From positions 32,550,001-32,614,000 of the forward strand of contig NC_043004.1 in assembly GCF_006345805.1 (NCBI RefSeq): a stretch of DNA of 64,000 bases. The letters are read 5' to 3'. Source of the DNA: Octopus sinensis (Eukaryota). The notes under the pieces were generated by a model, which saw only the letters and a program-made list of their open reading frames with translations, searched no databases and was not told where the DNA came from. The position numbers were made by a program, and so were the translations under genes. Below are positions 25,317-38,195 of the stretch, one piece after another (within the stretch, counting starts at the first letter, position 1; every line of letters starts with the position of its first letter).

Positions 25317-25550
25317 TATTTCTTTACTACCCACAAGGGGCTAAATATAGAGGGGACAAACAAGGACAGACAAACGGATCAAGTCGATTACATCGACCCC
25401 AGTGCGAAACTGGTACTTTATTTATCGATTCCGAAAGGATGAAAGGCAAAGTCGACCTCGGCGGAATTTGAACTCAGAACGTAACGACAGACGAAATACC
25501 GCTAAGCATTTCGCCCGGCGCGCTAACGTTTCTGCCAGCTCGCCGCCTAT
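25317..25550 (-). mobile_element. SINE family A monomer with 16-bp TSD
   Basis: tggtgttgttataata at 25301-25316 and 25551-25566. Confidence 0.9.
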
Positions 25551-25569
25551 TGGTGTTGTTATAATAGCC

Positions 25570-25860
25570 AGTCTGCTTCGTTTAGTTCTCATCTGTTATT
25601 TAATGCTGGCTTCCTTGATTCGGAAGTTGCCTGTGTTACATGCTGTGATGGATACTGCGAAGCTTTGGACCTGATACTTCTGAAAGCGTTTATGGATTGA
25701 AGGGTTTGTTGTGCGTACGTGTTCCTTGTTGTGGATGTGCAATTCTCTGGCGATGTTCCCCATATAAGATGCACCACGTTTGCAGCAGACGACCTCAGAT
25801 AGCAAGTAGGCTCTCGAAGATATCTTTAAGCTGTTGATTGGGCAATTTGGACAGTGTGCA
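25570..25860 (-). pseudogene. Penelope-like element GIY-YIG endonuclease remnant
   Basis: ORF 25596-25805 reads CKRGASYMGNIARELHIHNKEH..NFRIKEASIK, matching the PLE pattern C..C...YIG.T.R.L..R..EH....L.IKEA..I. Confidence 0.6.
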
Positions 25861-26615
25861 CTCCACGAAGCTGTTTGTAGAACGATTCCTGTCTATCTAT
25901 CTCCTTGTCTTTCTTTTATTATTCCTTTCTTCTGATCTACAACCTTTCTACACGGTATAACACTTTCATACGTCTTAATCCAACTCTTATCTAACAATCC
26001 TTTCAACTTCTAAATTTTCCCCTACCTTCCACTTTTTCACGAACCTCCCTTTTTCCTGCTGATCTACTCTGCCTCTGCACCTTTTTATCTTCAGTTCTCT
26101 CTTCAGTTATCACCAGCTGTCGTCAATTAAATTAGACAGTTTTGTTTTGCTGACTTTACTCCGCCAATTAACCATAGTCAAGTTTTTTCTTCATTAACTA
26201 AGATTATCTCTATCCATACAGCTTAATTACTATATTTTTGATCTGTTCCTACTTTAGTTGAAAGAAAGACAAGATTACAATCATTGGCTGATAGTTTTAG
26301 TTAAGCAAAATAAAATAGCGACCAATTTCATAACGAGAAATATTGTGAAAGTGGAATATAATTCTGTTAAGAATCAAGATGTAAGACTGACATTATTGTT
26401 TCATGTAATATCTTTATTGGATGAGAAGACTCAGGAGGGCGATGTGTTCACTTGAAGTAAACATGGATGTATCGTGTATGATGGAGATGATGAGTTGAAA
26501 AGATGGAACTTTGAAATGAATTGCAAGCTTTCATGTTATTTATGTGTTTATTGAGTAAGTGCGTATGTGAGAGAGGAGGAGGAAAAGAGAAAGAAAAAAG
26601 AAAGAAAGAGAGAAA

Positions 26616-26653
<38 letters not shown>

Positions 26654-26769
26654 TGTGTGTAGAGCTTCTTGAATCTGAGAGTAATGGAAAGGACATTTAC
26701 GGGGCCAGTCGAACTGATGCTTTGAAGCGACCGGAGATATTTTTACACTTGGCCTATATGTGTACTTGG

Positions 26770-27001
26770 AGGCGGCGAGCTGGCAGAAACGTTAGCACGT
26801 CGGGCGAAATGCGTAGCCGTATCTCGTCTGCCGTTACGTTCTGAGTTCAAATTCCGCCGAGGTCGACTTTGCCTCTCATCCTTTCGGGGTCGATAAATTA
26901 AGTACCAGTTGGGTTCTGGGGTCGATGTAATCGACTTAATCCATTTGTCTGTCCTTGTTTGTCCCCTCTGTGTTTAGCCCCTTGTGGGTAGTAAAGAAAT
27001 A
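26770..27001 (+). mobile_element. SINE family A monomer, imperfect 15-bp TSD
   Basis: tatatgtgtacttgg before and tatatgtatacttgg after. Confidence 0.85.
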
Positions 27002-27906
27002 TATATGTATACTTGGTGGTAAGCCCCTGGTCATGTGACATGAAAAACTTTCAGCGACTTATACAGCGTGGCGCTAGATGCAATGATGGCAGTAAACGTT
27101 GAAGTTTCCTCTGTTATGAACATTACTTACAGAACCAACATGATCCAGAAATGTACGAAAAGAGGATTCCGCGAAATTGGTATTGATATTTTTGGTAAAG
27201 GGCTTAAGCGATCGGCTACAGATATTTTTGGGTGTGTGTATGTGTGCAAGTGAGGGTACTTGGACGTTGTGTGATGCACAGGGGTAGCTTAGTGGGGCAG
27301 TGATGGGAAAGAGCGAACCATTTTGTAGGGATGGTGGTACTCCAAATGTTTTAAGCCATGAAACGAGACGGTGCACCTGTGAGTAAAACCATTCGTTGGA
27401 CTTGGTATTGCGGATTTTAGTTGCGTGTGGAATGTAGAGGGAGATGTCTAAGAGGGGGATTTTGTTTTGGGTAACCGCTCAGTATTATTGTACAGGCCTA
27501 TGGTTTAGTGGTTCGGGCGTTGGACTGATGATCGTAACATTGCGATTTCGATTCTTGGACCGGTCAATACATTGTGTTCTTGAGCAAAACACTTCATTTC
27601 ACATTGCTCTAGTGTACTCACCTGGTAAAAGTGAGTTATCTTGCGACGGACTAGCGTCCCGTACAGGAGTAAATATATACATCAGATAAACAGGGAAACC
27701 GGCTCAATGCTCTTTACGGAGTCATGTACACTAACTACTGAGTATTATAGTCTATGTGTAATTATGTGTAATGCCGAGGACTATATTCAGTTTACTTCTT
27801 TTTCTATTTCATATTCGGGCTTAGCTGTGTAAAATAATCTAATACAGTAGTACCTCGGTTTTCGAACAACTCGGATCGCGAATAAATTAGTGCTTTATAT
27901 ATATTG

Positions 27907-28173
27907 AGGAGACATTCAGCGTGACACAGAGTGTGACAAGGCTGGCCCCTTTTGAAATACAGGTACAAAAAAAAAAAAAAAGAAACAGGAAGAAAGAGTG
28001 AGAGAAAGTGTAGCGAAAGAGTACAGCAGGGATCGTCACCATCCCCCGACGGAGCCTCGTGGAGCTTTAGATGTTTTTGCTCAATAAACACTCACAACGC
28101 TCGGCCTGGGAATCGAAACCGCGATCCTACGACCGCGAGTCCGCTGTCCTAACCACTGGGCCATTGCGCCTCC
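27907..28173 (-). mobile_element. tRNA(Arg)-like-headed SINE family C
   Basis: Reverse complement of 45265-45625; A-box tggcccagtgg, B-box ggtttcgattcc. Confidence 0.8.
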
Positions 28174-28176
28174 ACG

Positions 28177-28209
<33 letters not shown>

Positions 28210-28648
28210 GGAAAAAGGATTCCGCGAAGTTGGTATTGATATATATATATATATATATATATATACCACGGGCTTCTTTCAGTTTTCGTCGAACAAATCC
28301 ATGCACAAAGATTTGGTCGGCCCGAGGCTATTGTAGAAGACACTTGCCCAAGGTGCCACGCAATGGGACTGAACCCGGAACCATGTGCTCGGGAAGCAAG
28401 CTTCTTATCACACAGCCACACCTGCGCCTGTCTACTTTACTTTTACCGTATGGCGTCAAGGTAAGTTTGGCCTCGAGAAACCTCGTCTAGGTTGAAACTG
28501 ACTGATGAAAAATGTAATCTTCCTCCACGAAGAGTTACAGTAAATTATGGAGATGCATGTTTTAAGAAAAAAAAAAACTGCTGCTTCTGTGCTGTGTTAT
28601 GTGTTTATATTAGTATCTTAGGCGTTCATTTGCAATTTGTGTATGAAT

Positions 28649-29117
28649 CTCTCTCTCTATCCGCTCAGTCAAAGTCGACTCTCGGTCACTCGTTGGATCA
28701 GTGTCCTCCAGTCAGTTCTATCCTGGGCCGCTTCTTTCAGATTGGCTATGTCCATTCCGGTATCACTCTTGATGGTGTCAAGCCAGCGGGTTCTTGGTCG
28801 GCTTCTTCCTCTCTTGCCACTGACCATTCCGAGCATGATGTCCTTCTCCAGGGATTCTCTCCGCATAATATGACCGAAATATGCCAATCTATGCTTGGTG
28901 ATCCTAGCTTCTAGCGACATTTTCGGCCTGATCTGCTTAAGAACTTCTCCATTGGTGAGCCTCGCTGTCCATGGAATCCGCAAAAGTCTTCTCCAACACC
29001 AAAGCTCGAATGCATTAATTCTCTTCTGGTCAGCTTTCTTTAGTGTCCAGGTCTCGCATCCATATGTTGCTATTGGGAAGACAATTGCATTCACCAATCT
29101 GCATTTGGTAGCGAGTC
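28649..29117 (-). mobile_element. 5'-truncated RTE-clade LINE (ORF C-terminus), 11-bp TSD
   Basis: Uninterrupted frame VFPIATYGCETWTLKKADQKRINAFELWCWRRLLRIPWTAR..YFGHIMRRESLEKDIMLGMVSGKRGRSRPRTRWLD; TSD tgtgtatgaat at 28638-28648 and 29118-29128. Confidence 0.9.
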
Positions 29118-29324
29118 TGTGTATGAATATGTATTTGGAATTGCTTACGTATGTTTTTTTTTGTATATTTGTAGAAAGCAATACCTGTATGCTTACGTGT
29201 ACAACGGAGATGACATGAACACTCGCAGACAAGTGCACACGACCATTTATGTCGGAAGAGGACAGTTTGTCAAGATTTGTTTAAAACTATTGTGTATGTA
29301 TGTTTATATTAAGAGTTGGCAAGT

Positions 29325-29327
29325 GTT

Positions 29328-29362
<35 letters not shown>

Positions 29363-29434
29363 TTCAAACTTATATTCATTCTTTGTTTGTTTGTTTGTTT
29401 GTTTGTTTGTTTGCTTCTTTCCTTCTTTCTTTCT

Positions 29435-29471
<37 letters not shown>

Positions 29472-29488
29472 TTTCTTTCTTTCTTCTT

Positions 29489-29520
<32 letters not shown>

Positions 29521-29566
29521 ATATATATATATATATTATATATATATATATGTAATACGATCATAC

Positions 29567-29617
<51 letters not shown>

Positions 29618-29884
29618 TGTTTATCCCTTTGATATAAACAGGCAAAGAGAAAGGTGCGTTTATGTGTGTGCCTGTGTGAGAAAGGGAAACTAAGAGAGAA
29701 AGAGTGTGCGTATGTGTGTGTGTGTGTGTGTGCGTAGTGTGTATATGCGTGTATGTGAGAGAGAGTGAGAGAGAGAAAGTGAGAGGGGAAGAGAGAGAAA
29801 GAGAAAGGAGAAGCGAGAGAGAGAGAGGGGGGGAGAGAGAAAAAAAGAAGATAAAGAGAGAGAGAGAAAAAAAGAAGATAAAGA

Positions 29885-29946
<62 letters not shown>

Positions 29947-29960
29947 AAAAGAAGATAAAG
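29325..29960. repeat. Compound TG/GA/TTTG/TTTC/TA/purine-rich microsatellite block
   Basis: Direct reading. Confidence 0.9.
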
Positions 29961-30245
29961 AGAATTTTTTGAACGTCAAATTTGAAAATCGCCATCAATA
30001 TCCGAGTTATTTCAAATATGGTGGACGAGTTGCTCGAGAGTTTTGAAGTGAGAGATAAGAGAGATTAGCAGATAGATAGGTAGATAGTGTGGAGAGAGAG
30101 AGAAAGCATGTTAGAGCTTATGTTGTTTGTGTGAGTGTATGGTGGTTGTGAGGGCGGAGGCATCGTAATAAAGTGTAAGGGATAGGTGGAGGGGTGGATG
30201 AAAGGTAGGAAAGGAAGAAGCATCGTCCCTAATGTAAATATTTAC

Positions 30246-30305
30246 CACTTCCTGCGGAAACATGCCGCCGTCAGCAGTTACTGGAATCATGCCGTCGACG
30301 TCCAT
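30246..30305 (-). CDS. Candidate first coding exon MDVDGMIPVTADGGMFPQEV
   Basis: ATG at 30305, single open frame, GC/CpG-rich patch, donor GTG|gtaaat; no partner exon confirmed. Confidence 0.25.
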
Positions 30306-30458
30306 GTCCTCACGTAGCAAACAGACATGCACAATTGCGCACGCGCGCCTGTGCATGTGTGTTATACGTAGATATACACAGAGAGAGGCATACAAACACA
30401 CACACACACACACACACACAAACTTTCTCTCTCTCTCTCTCTCCCTCTCCCTCTCATG

Positions 30459-30612
30459 CGAGGGTTGTACCGAAAGTAAAACGAAAGTAGAATTAACTTT
30501 CTTCGTTTTATTAACTGACATCGGCCGTTCAAATTGTAAACGTGGGTACAGTATTTATGTTTTCCTCTTGTTGGTAACTCTTATTGATGTTGTTGTCGTT
30601 CTTCTTCTTCTT

Positions 30613-30657
<45 letters not shown>

Positions 30658-31210
30658 TCACCACCACCACCACCACCACCACCTCTTATTCCTCTTCTTC
30701 TTCTTCTTCTTCATTGCAGACAAAGAATGGGTTGAAAGCAGAAGCAACATGCCGCCATTGAGTTCTTGACGAAAGCGGTGGCGTTGCAGGGCTGTTCAAC
30801 GTTCACAAAGAAAGCCGCAGTTTGTTTGGAGAAGCGGCGCCATTGACGAGAGCAATAGGCACAGATGGATGAAGAGACCAGCACCGATAAGAAATCATGC
30901 AAGCAGTGGTAATGGGGGGGGGGGTGGACTTCAACCGTGACCACCGATACGAATCCCTAGCAAGCAGACGAATTGATTAGCGTGGACAACGAACCAAAAT
31001 CTATGAGTTTTCTATGCAACTGGACTGTGGTCACAACGCATTAAAGATGGTGGAAAACATTTTGGGTAGAAGACAGGTTTTCTTTCCGATCTAGCGACTG
31101 GAGATGAAACGTATGTATATCTTAGTGATGAAGAAACGAAAGCTCAGTTTATGGTATAGCACCATTCCTCTCCTCCAAGGCCTGAGAAGTTCAAGAATCA
31201 GCGATCAACA
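30459..31210 (+). mobile_element. Degenerate mariner element (left end plus transposase remnant)
   Basis: TIR-like cgagggttgtaccgaaagtaa; peptides KQHAAIEFL, IDESNRHRWMKR and ATGDETYVYLSDEETKAQFMV*HHSSPPRPEKFK (mariner TGDETW..PETK.QS..W...SP.PKKFK). Confidence 0.75.
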
Positions 31211-32595
31211 CAATTTTTAAATACATTGCCTCTTTTATTGGTAACCAATGCAGCCTAAACAATATGGAATGTTAGTGATATTACATACAGAATTGTTTTT
31301 TTTTCCTCTAAGTTTTTGTACCTTCTTTCTGGCTGTCGTTTGGAGAATAATGAAGGAGAAACCGAATGGCAGCAGTGAATATTTGAAACATGTTTAGTGG
31401 TGGGTCAGCGCAGATTTATTATTCTTTTATCTTCTGAAGTCAAACTTCACAACGATAATAATGTAAACGGCAATTATAATACAAAACAAATCTGCAGTTA
31501 TATATAAATAGTTAACTGCGGTGATATATTTGTAGTAAACGTGATATAACTTGCTGACTCTGTTATGAAAAGTAATAAATATTTAACTTCGTCTTCAATA
31601 TTCCTTTTATTGGTTTTTGCTAGGTAATTATTTCATTATTTTTAAACAATGCCAACGGAAGTGCCTAATTCTTTAACAGTATCGACTTTATTACTGTTCC
31701 TCACTCTTGAAAGTTTACTGAAATTAACTTTAGTTTTCACCATTCTATTCTCCATAGAAGAACTAGCCGTGATAATATACAGAAATAATTGACGAAATCA
31801 TTCTCTTCACCAAATAATCTTTTGTCTAGACTGCAGACAAAAAGAAATCATTTAATTATAGAAGACAATATTTGCTGAATTGTGAAGGATATTTTGTCAT
31901 TTCCCAAACGTCTGCAGAACACATCCTGGAGACATTCACCCAATTTGGATTTCTGCAGCATTCCAATATTGCTGCTGCTGCTGTTGTTGTTGTTGTCTAG
32001 CTTCAGATCAACCCAAATAAAGCATACCTACTTTCAAATACTTTCCACCTACGACCATTCCATTTTGGGACTTATCTTGGATTACATTATGCAAAACAAG
32101 CACTTTCTTTTCTAGAGATCATGAAAGTGATTTGAGGGAGATTTTACGGCTATTTATAAGAGGACAAATTGGCCACGTAAAGAGGCCTTTTTGTTAGCTC
32201 ATACCGCATTCTATGTTTTACAAGGGTGAACTGCGGTCCCATTGTCAAACCACTCTCTCTTAAAGAAGAGTACTTTCCTCATAGATATAATCTAATTCAA
32301 TATGGCGAACTAACGAAACACTGCTCAGTTTTATAACATTCTTGCTTTTTTGAGGTGGTGCATTATATTACCGTATGTTAGCTGCATAGGCGACCGGGTC
32401 AACAGCGTACAGGGTGATTAGCTGGAATGGGATGAATAGTTCGTATTGTGCAACAGGTATTGCAATGAGTCAGCTACAAGTACACTTTGTTCTCAAGGTC
32501 TGAGTCCACCGAGTATTAAGTAATGCAGGGTGGAATAATGTTTTGTTAGCAGTGAGTTATTCCTTTAAGTTTCGCTACAGATAATTTGGGTTGTT

Positions 32596-33037
32596 AATAT
32601 TGGTTTCGAATTTTGGTACAAGGCCAGCAATTTCGGAGGAGGGGTAAGTCGATTACATCGACCCCAGTGCTCAACTGGTATGTAGTTTATCAACCCCAAA
32701 AGGATGAAAAGCAAAGCCGACCTCGGCGGAGTCTGAACTCAGAGCATGGAGACGGACGAAATGCTGCTAAGCATTTTGTCGAGCGTGCTAACTATTCTTC
32801 CAGCCCGCTGCCTTAGATTGGATTGTAATAAAGCTCGGTTTAGTATGCCGGGAAAAATGCTTAGCAGCATTTCGTCCGTCTTCATGTTCTGAGTTCAAAT
32901 TCCACCGAGGTCGACTTTATTTTTCATCCTTTTGGGGTCGATAAATTAAGTACCAGCTGAACACTGGGGTCGATGCAGTCGATTTACCCCCTCCCCCAAA
33001 ATTGCTGGCCGTGTGTCAAAATTTGAGAGCAATATTT
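32596..33037. mobile_element. Divergent inverted pair of SINE family A copies
   Basis: Minus copy ~32596-32815 and plus copy ~32845-33037. Confidence 0.8.
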
Positions 33038-33051
33038 GGTTATTTTTTCAG

Positions 33052-33109
33052 AAACAGCTGCTGCCCATACACCAGCCTCTAATTCAGTTCGCTATCTCTA
33101 AAGTTAAAG
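33052..33109 (+). CDS. Candidate exon KQLLPIHQPLIQFAISKVK(G)
   Basis: Acceptor ttggttattttttcag, donor AAG|gtatta, only one frame open. Confidence 0.25.
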
Positions 33110-33297
33110 GTATTAGAAATAATCAAACCTACCTTGTTTATTATTTAAATATATCGTCAGCGGTGCTTAATTGATAATTACGTTACTAATTAATGTCTCA
33201 TCTCGGTGCCAGTCGATTGGTGGCTGGTGATCGGTGGAAAGGAAACACACCAAAACCGTTTCATTGACTTGTTTATTAAAACTTTGGCCATGACGCA

Positions 33298-33330
<33 letters not shown>

Positions 33331-33344
33331 TGTATGTATGTACG

Positions 33345-33375
<31 letters not shown>

Positions 33376-33451
33376 GTATACATATATATACATATATATA
33401 CATATATATATATATACATGTATGTATGTCTGTGTGTGTATTCATATATAT

Positions 33452-33514
<63 letters not shown>

Positions 33515-34241
33515 GCGTGCGTGCGTGCATATGTGTGTGTATGTGTATTCTTTATTAATCGAAAATAAGTTTCATTAGGACGGTGCCAGAGATAAAGAAT
33601 ATAGATTGTTTCCAATTTATATCTAGAACTGTTTGTTCCGTTCGCTATCTTTCAACTTATGTCTTGTTGTAGCAGTAGTAGTAGTAGTAGTGGTAGTCTA
33701 TAAAAATACAACCAAACATTTTAGTTTTGTTTCTTAAAAGCAAAAGTGTTTCGAGATCACTTTTCGCCAAAAATATGATTTGATGGCAAAAATAGAATGG
33801 AAAAACGAGAAAATGTGGTGGAAATGACAAGATAATACACGATAATTATATTTTATTGGTCAATCGCTTCTCTGGGTTAGGATTGAAACTACTTATTGCT
33901 GACTTCAATAGTCTTCGAGTCTAGCATGAGCGTATTTTGATGAGTTTAAATATCAGGAATTAAAGACTAACGTTTGTTCAGGAATGGTAAATTTGGTGGC
34001 GTCTACAGAATTATATCATTGCTATGTATTTTATTATTGCCCTCTCAGAGATGAAATGCTAAATCGATTCATAACTTAACATCAAAAATAAAACTCAAAA
34101 ATCAATCGTTCTGTTACTTCTGTCAACAAAGTCGATCAATAACCAAATGTTAGAACATCTTACCATTCTAAATTCAAATTTAGCTGGGTTCAATTTTGCT
34201 TTTTATCCATTCAGGGCCAATGAAATAAGATATCAGCCGAT

Positions 34242-34845
34242 AAGGCGGCGAGCTGGCAGAAACGTTAGCACGCCGGGCGAGATGCTTAGCGGTATTTCGT
34301 CTGCCGCTACGTTCTGAGTTAAAATTCCGCCGAGGTCGACTTTGCCTTTCATCCTTTCGGGGTCGATAAATTAAGTACCAGTTACGCACTGGGGTCGATG
34401 TAATCGACTTAATACCTATGTCTGTCCTTGTTTGTCCCCTCTGTGTGTAGCCCCTTGTGGGTAATAAAGAAATAGGTATTTCGTCTGCGTTACGTTGTGA
34501 GTTCAAATTCCGCCGAGGTCGACTTTGCCTTTCATCCTTTCGGGGTCGATAAATTAAGTACCAGTTACGCACTGGAGTCGATGTAATCGACTTAATACCT
34601 ATGTCTGTCCTTGTTTGTCCCCTCTGTGTTTAGCCCCTTGTGGGTAATAAAGAAATAGGTATTTCGTCTGCCGCTACGTTGTGAGTTCAAATTCCGTCGA
34701 GGTCGACTTTGCCTTTCATCCTTTCAGGGTCGATTAAATAAGTACCAGTTAAGCACTGCGGTCGATGTAATCGACTTAATCCATTTGTCTGTCCTTGTTT
34801 GTCTCCTCTATGTTTAGCCCCTTGTGGGCAATAAAGAAATAAATA
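34242..34845 (+). mobile_element. SINE family A trimer with one 19-bp TSD
   Basis: aaataagatatcagccgat at 34223-34241 and 34846-34864; junctions at 34469 and 34652. Confidence 0.9.
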
Positions 34846-35051
34846 AAATAAGATATCAGCCGATGTAATGGACGAATCCATTCAGGGCCAATGAAATAAG
34901 ACATCAGCCGATATAATAGACGAATCCACCCCACCAAATCTCTGATCTTGCGTCTCGATTAGAAATAATTATTTCCACTTCCTCATCACTCTTAACCGGA
35001 ATGGATTTTAACTTCTCCCGTTACAATACAACGCCAGAGACGGCAGACGAT

Positions 35052-35270
35052 CAGTGGTTCTTAAGAGGGTGTCCATATAAGATTTTGATGTTAAAATTTA
35101 TCAGCAGCAGACTGGTTATACTTCTACAATACACAAAATATTTTTGACTATTTCTTATACAATTCCTAATAATATTTAATAATTATAAAAATAAGTTTTC
35201 TTTTCTTTTTAAAGCATATTAAAATAGAAATCAAAATGGGCCACAAACAAAACATGGTTGGGAACCCCTG
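35052..35270. mobile_element. Possible hAT-type MITE
   Basis: cagtggttcttaa ... ggttgggaacccctg imperfect TIRs; no TSD seen. Confidence 0.35.
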
Positions 35271-36235
35271 GTGTATATGATTAAGTTCTTTTTAATTTTT
35301 GGTACAAGGCCAGCAATTTTGAGGGGAAGGGGAATCGATTACATCGATTCCAGTGTTCAACCGGTACTTATTTTATCGACCCCGAAATGTAAAGTCGGCA
35401 TCGGCAGTATTTGAACTCACACCGAGAACCGCGAGAAATGCTACTAAGTATTTCGTCCGATTCACGATTTCGCGAGCTCACTCCACGCCACTATTCTTGA
35501 GATAAGCAATTAAATTGATTTTGTTATATGAAATTTGAAATTTTATCGATCTACTGGTAGGATATGAACTCATAGCGTAAGTGCCGGTATGTATATATTC
35601 GTTTCAAATTTAGATACAAGGCCAGTTCGGGGAAAAGGGGTTAGACGATTACATTGACCCTACCAGTATCCGACTGCTACTTATTTTATTGACCCGAAAG
35701 GATGAAAAGCAAAAAATTGGCCACGGTGGGATTTGAACTCAAAAATATAAAAGCGGGCGAAATGCCGCTAAGCGTTTTGCTCGGACTGCTAACGATTCTG
35801 CCAGCTCTCTGCTGTTGTAAATATCACCAGGTATTTACACCGACATTTAACTGTTTCCATCTTAACCCCTAACACATATTGTTACTAATCTAGGCGTAAG
35901 ACCTATAGTTTTGAGGGGAGGGATTACTTATTTTGTCGATTCCGAAGGATGAAATGCTAAATTTGATTTTGGCGGAATTTGAACTCAGAACGAAAAGAGC
36001 CGGAAGAAATTCAACAGGTCGTTTTGCTCGATGCTCTACCGATTCTGTCCATCGGCCGCCTTAACATCAACATATATTAATAGCCACACCATTATTATCA
36101 AATATGGCATAGTCTGCCAGAATCTCGGCGATCGCGTTCTTCCATTGCCAAAGGGTGAATATAATTGTTTTAGGGAGGTTGTGATCGCGAGAATTTCTTT
36201 CACCACTGTTTTCTTACAGTGCAGCTCAGCCGATT

Positions 36236-36304
<69 letters not shown>

Positions 36305-37309
36305 GAAAACACACAGAGAGTGAAAGAGAGGTGGAATTGATTCCAGTTTTTGACTGGTACTTTATTTTTATAGAACCCGGAAGAACGACAAAGTTGAGTT
36401 TGGCGGGATTTGAACGCTAAACGCAGAGAACCGGAACGAGCATTGCCAAACGTTTTCCAATGCTCGACGCCTCTTAACAGTCATGCACACATACATATTA
36501 TATAATATAATAGCATATCATATTATATTATATTCCTCGCTTTATTAAAACTGTATTTCTAACAAGGTAAAGCAACCAAACATTGTAGCAATAGTTATGT
36601 TTATCGTTAAATGAATATTTACGTGTTTGGAGTCACGAATTCTTGCTCGTATTCGTTAGAGACTTTCTATAATAAGGTTAACTCTTCTGGCTCAAAGGAG
36701 GATGAAAAACGCAGATAGACGAAAATACTAGTTTCTGATTGGTTGAAGCGCAAACAGTAGTCTTCATTGGTCATGGCTTTTACATGTTTGAGATATTTAG
36801 ATAAGTAACAGTCGCCATTTCCAGACGTTTCTGCTGCTGTCTAATATACCACTACGAGTGACGTTAAAAGTGGAAACGAATTAAATTAACATCGGAATCT
36901 CTTCTAAGTCAGAAATAATCTTACTTTCTTTCTATCGAGGAATATATTACACTGATGCAATAAGCTAGATGTAAATTGTATCAGCAAATCGGTTTCGATT
37001 CTCATCCGGAATCGACGGATCTCGATTGTGTTGCCATTGCGGGGACAGTTTAAAATTTAATGATGTTCCTCAATGTTCTCTGCCTTGATAGACGTCTTGT
37101 TATTTAACTCGATATACACAAACATGGCTGTGTGGTAAGAAGCTTACTTCGCAATCATGCACTCTTGGGTTCAATCCCACTGCGTGTCACCGTGGGCATG
37201 TATATTCAACTTTAGTACCAGGCCGACCATAGCCTTGTCAGTAGATTGGATGGATGAAAAATGAAAGAAGACCGTTGCATATACATACATGCATACATAC
37301 ATACATATA

Positions 37310-37392
<83 letters not shown>

Positions 37393-37397
<5 letters not shown>

Positions 37398-37864
37398 TAT
37401 TATAAAAGGCAGATTTTATCTGCCTCCCTTTGGGAGTTATACAAATCTACAATATAGGATTTCTTCAATTACAATTTACCTAGCAATTTTAAGAGTACAA
37501 TGCATCGCGTCATGCCAGGTCCAGTTTTTAAAATTTAAACTCTAGTTAAGCAAAATTTACAGAAAACTCACATTCTGGTGTGTGTGTCAAATGCTTTTCT
37601 TAGTCTGGTTTACACCACACGCAAACGCACACACACAGTGGGCAACGAATAAAATGATAGTAATTCACTTACTGTAGTGAGTGATTCTTTCACTCTGCCT
37701 CCCACTTCCTCTTTCTACACATAGACACGCAAATATATAAATAAAATTGTAAGCTAACGTGCGTCTGTGTGAGTGTGTGTGTGTGTGTGCGCGTGTGTGT
37801 GTGAGGGTGTGTGTGTGTGTGTGCGTGTGCGTGAGTGTGTGACAGGAAAGTTTTTACGACGAAT
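37393..37864 (+). mobile_element. Non-autonomous Helitron-like element, 5' part (family H1)
   Basis: 5' TC start tctcttattataaaaggcagattttatctgcc with palindrome; the same start recurs at 39014 and 40963. Confidence 0.6.
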
Positions 37865-38195
37865 ACATAAGACCAAAGCAGAGAATGTATTCTTTTATTC
37901 TTCTGCTTTTTCCAGCCATTGGTCTGTGGCCATGCTGGGGCAATACCTTGAAGAATTGTAGTTTAATGAATCAACTCCAGTTTTATTTTTGTAAGCATTG
38001 TACTTATTCTATCTGTTTCCTTTGTCAAACCACTAGGTGACAGGGATGTAAACAAACCAACATTCGTTGTCAAGCAGTGGTGGAGGACAATCACAAGCAC
38101 AGACACGCACACACACACACACATACATGCAGACACATATACACACATACATACATACATACATATATATATATATATGTGTGTGTATATATATA

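Noticed and set aside
28492-28914. 140-aa and 107-aa plus-strand ORFs
   Set aside because: They are antisense shadows of the RTE ORF.
36720-36870. Promoter-like cluster (two ATTGG boxes, gtcgccatttcc YY1-like motif)
   Set aside because: Short motifs occur by chance and no adjacent first exon could be supported.
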